From: Mobula hypostoma
Lineage: Eukaryota
Assembly (NCBI RefSeq): GCF_963921235.1
Contig: NC_086126.1
Coordinates: 18,104,001-18,168,000, forward strand
DNA: 64,000 bases
Direction: 5' to 3'
The notes beneath the pieces were generated by a model. The model saw only the letters and a list, made by a program, of their open reading frames with translations. It was not told the DNA's origin and did not search any database. Shown here one piece after another: positions 63,363 through 64,000 of this stretch. A program made the translations under genes and the position numbers. The stretch's first letter is position 1. Every line of letters starts with the position of its first letter.

Positions 63363-64000
63363 CCGGTTCATTAAGCCAAGTGGTGTCAGGCCACGTTAAT
63401 GAAAGGCATAGGCCAGATTAAAGTGACTGCACTACCCTATCCACCATAGTCCCACATATCTCACCATACTAAACTGCACAGCATTATCTCTCCCAGCCCC
63501 ACCCTCAAACCTAATCCTGAGGTCCAAGGGGGCACACACCCCAACAAACCCGATGACTAGTGTAAGGAGGAGGAAGATCCAATAAAGGCAAGTGTTGGAC
63601 CTGGTTAATGAAGGCATGGGCCAGATCAAAGTGGCAGCGTTGTGTGACACTGAATCTGGAGTGACGAGATGAAGAAGCACAAGAGGGATGATTCTCCCAC
63701 TGCCCGCATAATCTCTTTGTTATTTTGATTTTGTTCTGATAGTCTTCTATTTGAATATTTTGGTATAATTCATATTTAATTTCAGTGTTTCTTGTCAGTG
63801 TTGTGTCTCTGATGTAATGTGTCTGTGATGCTGCTACAAATACGTTGTTCCTTTCACCTGTGCATCAGTAAACTCGATTTGAACTTTATATTGAAATGTC
63901 GAAATCTCTACTTCACTCTCCTGCTGCCCTATGTCATGAACTAAACATCTTAGTGTTTAGTTTTACAAAATATTTTTTCTGATTTTATTTTTATTTTCAT

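Overview
Vertebrate, TE-saturated, gene-poor DNA. The repeat mix (CR1, Rex1/Babar, Penelope-like, L1, Tc1, hAT) suggests a cartilaginous fish, probably a ray; this is an inference. No intact host protein-coding gene is supportable. Recognisable host genes are four tRNA loci (a degenerate Asp copy with a GCC anticodon, Asp-GTC, Asn-GTT, Gly-TCC) and a histone H4 pseudogene. The window is built from nested segmental duplications. A diverged inverted duplication pairs blocks of 1-13 kb with 51-57.8 kb. A direct duplication pairs ~8.2-20 kb with ~26.6-34.8 kb and starts exactly at the end of a 166-bp satellite array (22.7-26.6 kb). A tandem duplication (32.4-37.6 / 37.6-42.05 kb) is joined at a 5-bp microhomology. 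The most notable hidden element, not evident from the ORF track, is a decayed pol-less endogenous retrovirus present in three copies. It has a gag-MA-like start, candidate splice donor and acceptor, a gamma-type env (furin site, immunosuppressive domain, CX6CC, TM anchor) and a PPT; two copies are co-amplified with tRNA-Asp. Penelope-derived termini carry several degenerate minimal hammerhead ribozyme motifs. All calls are by eye, with no database searches run.
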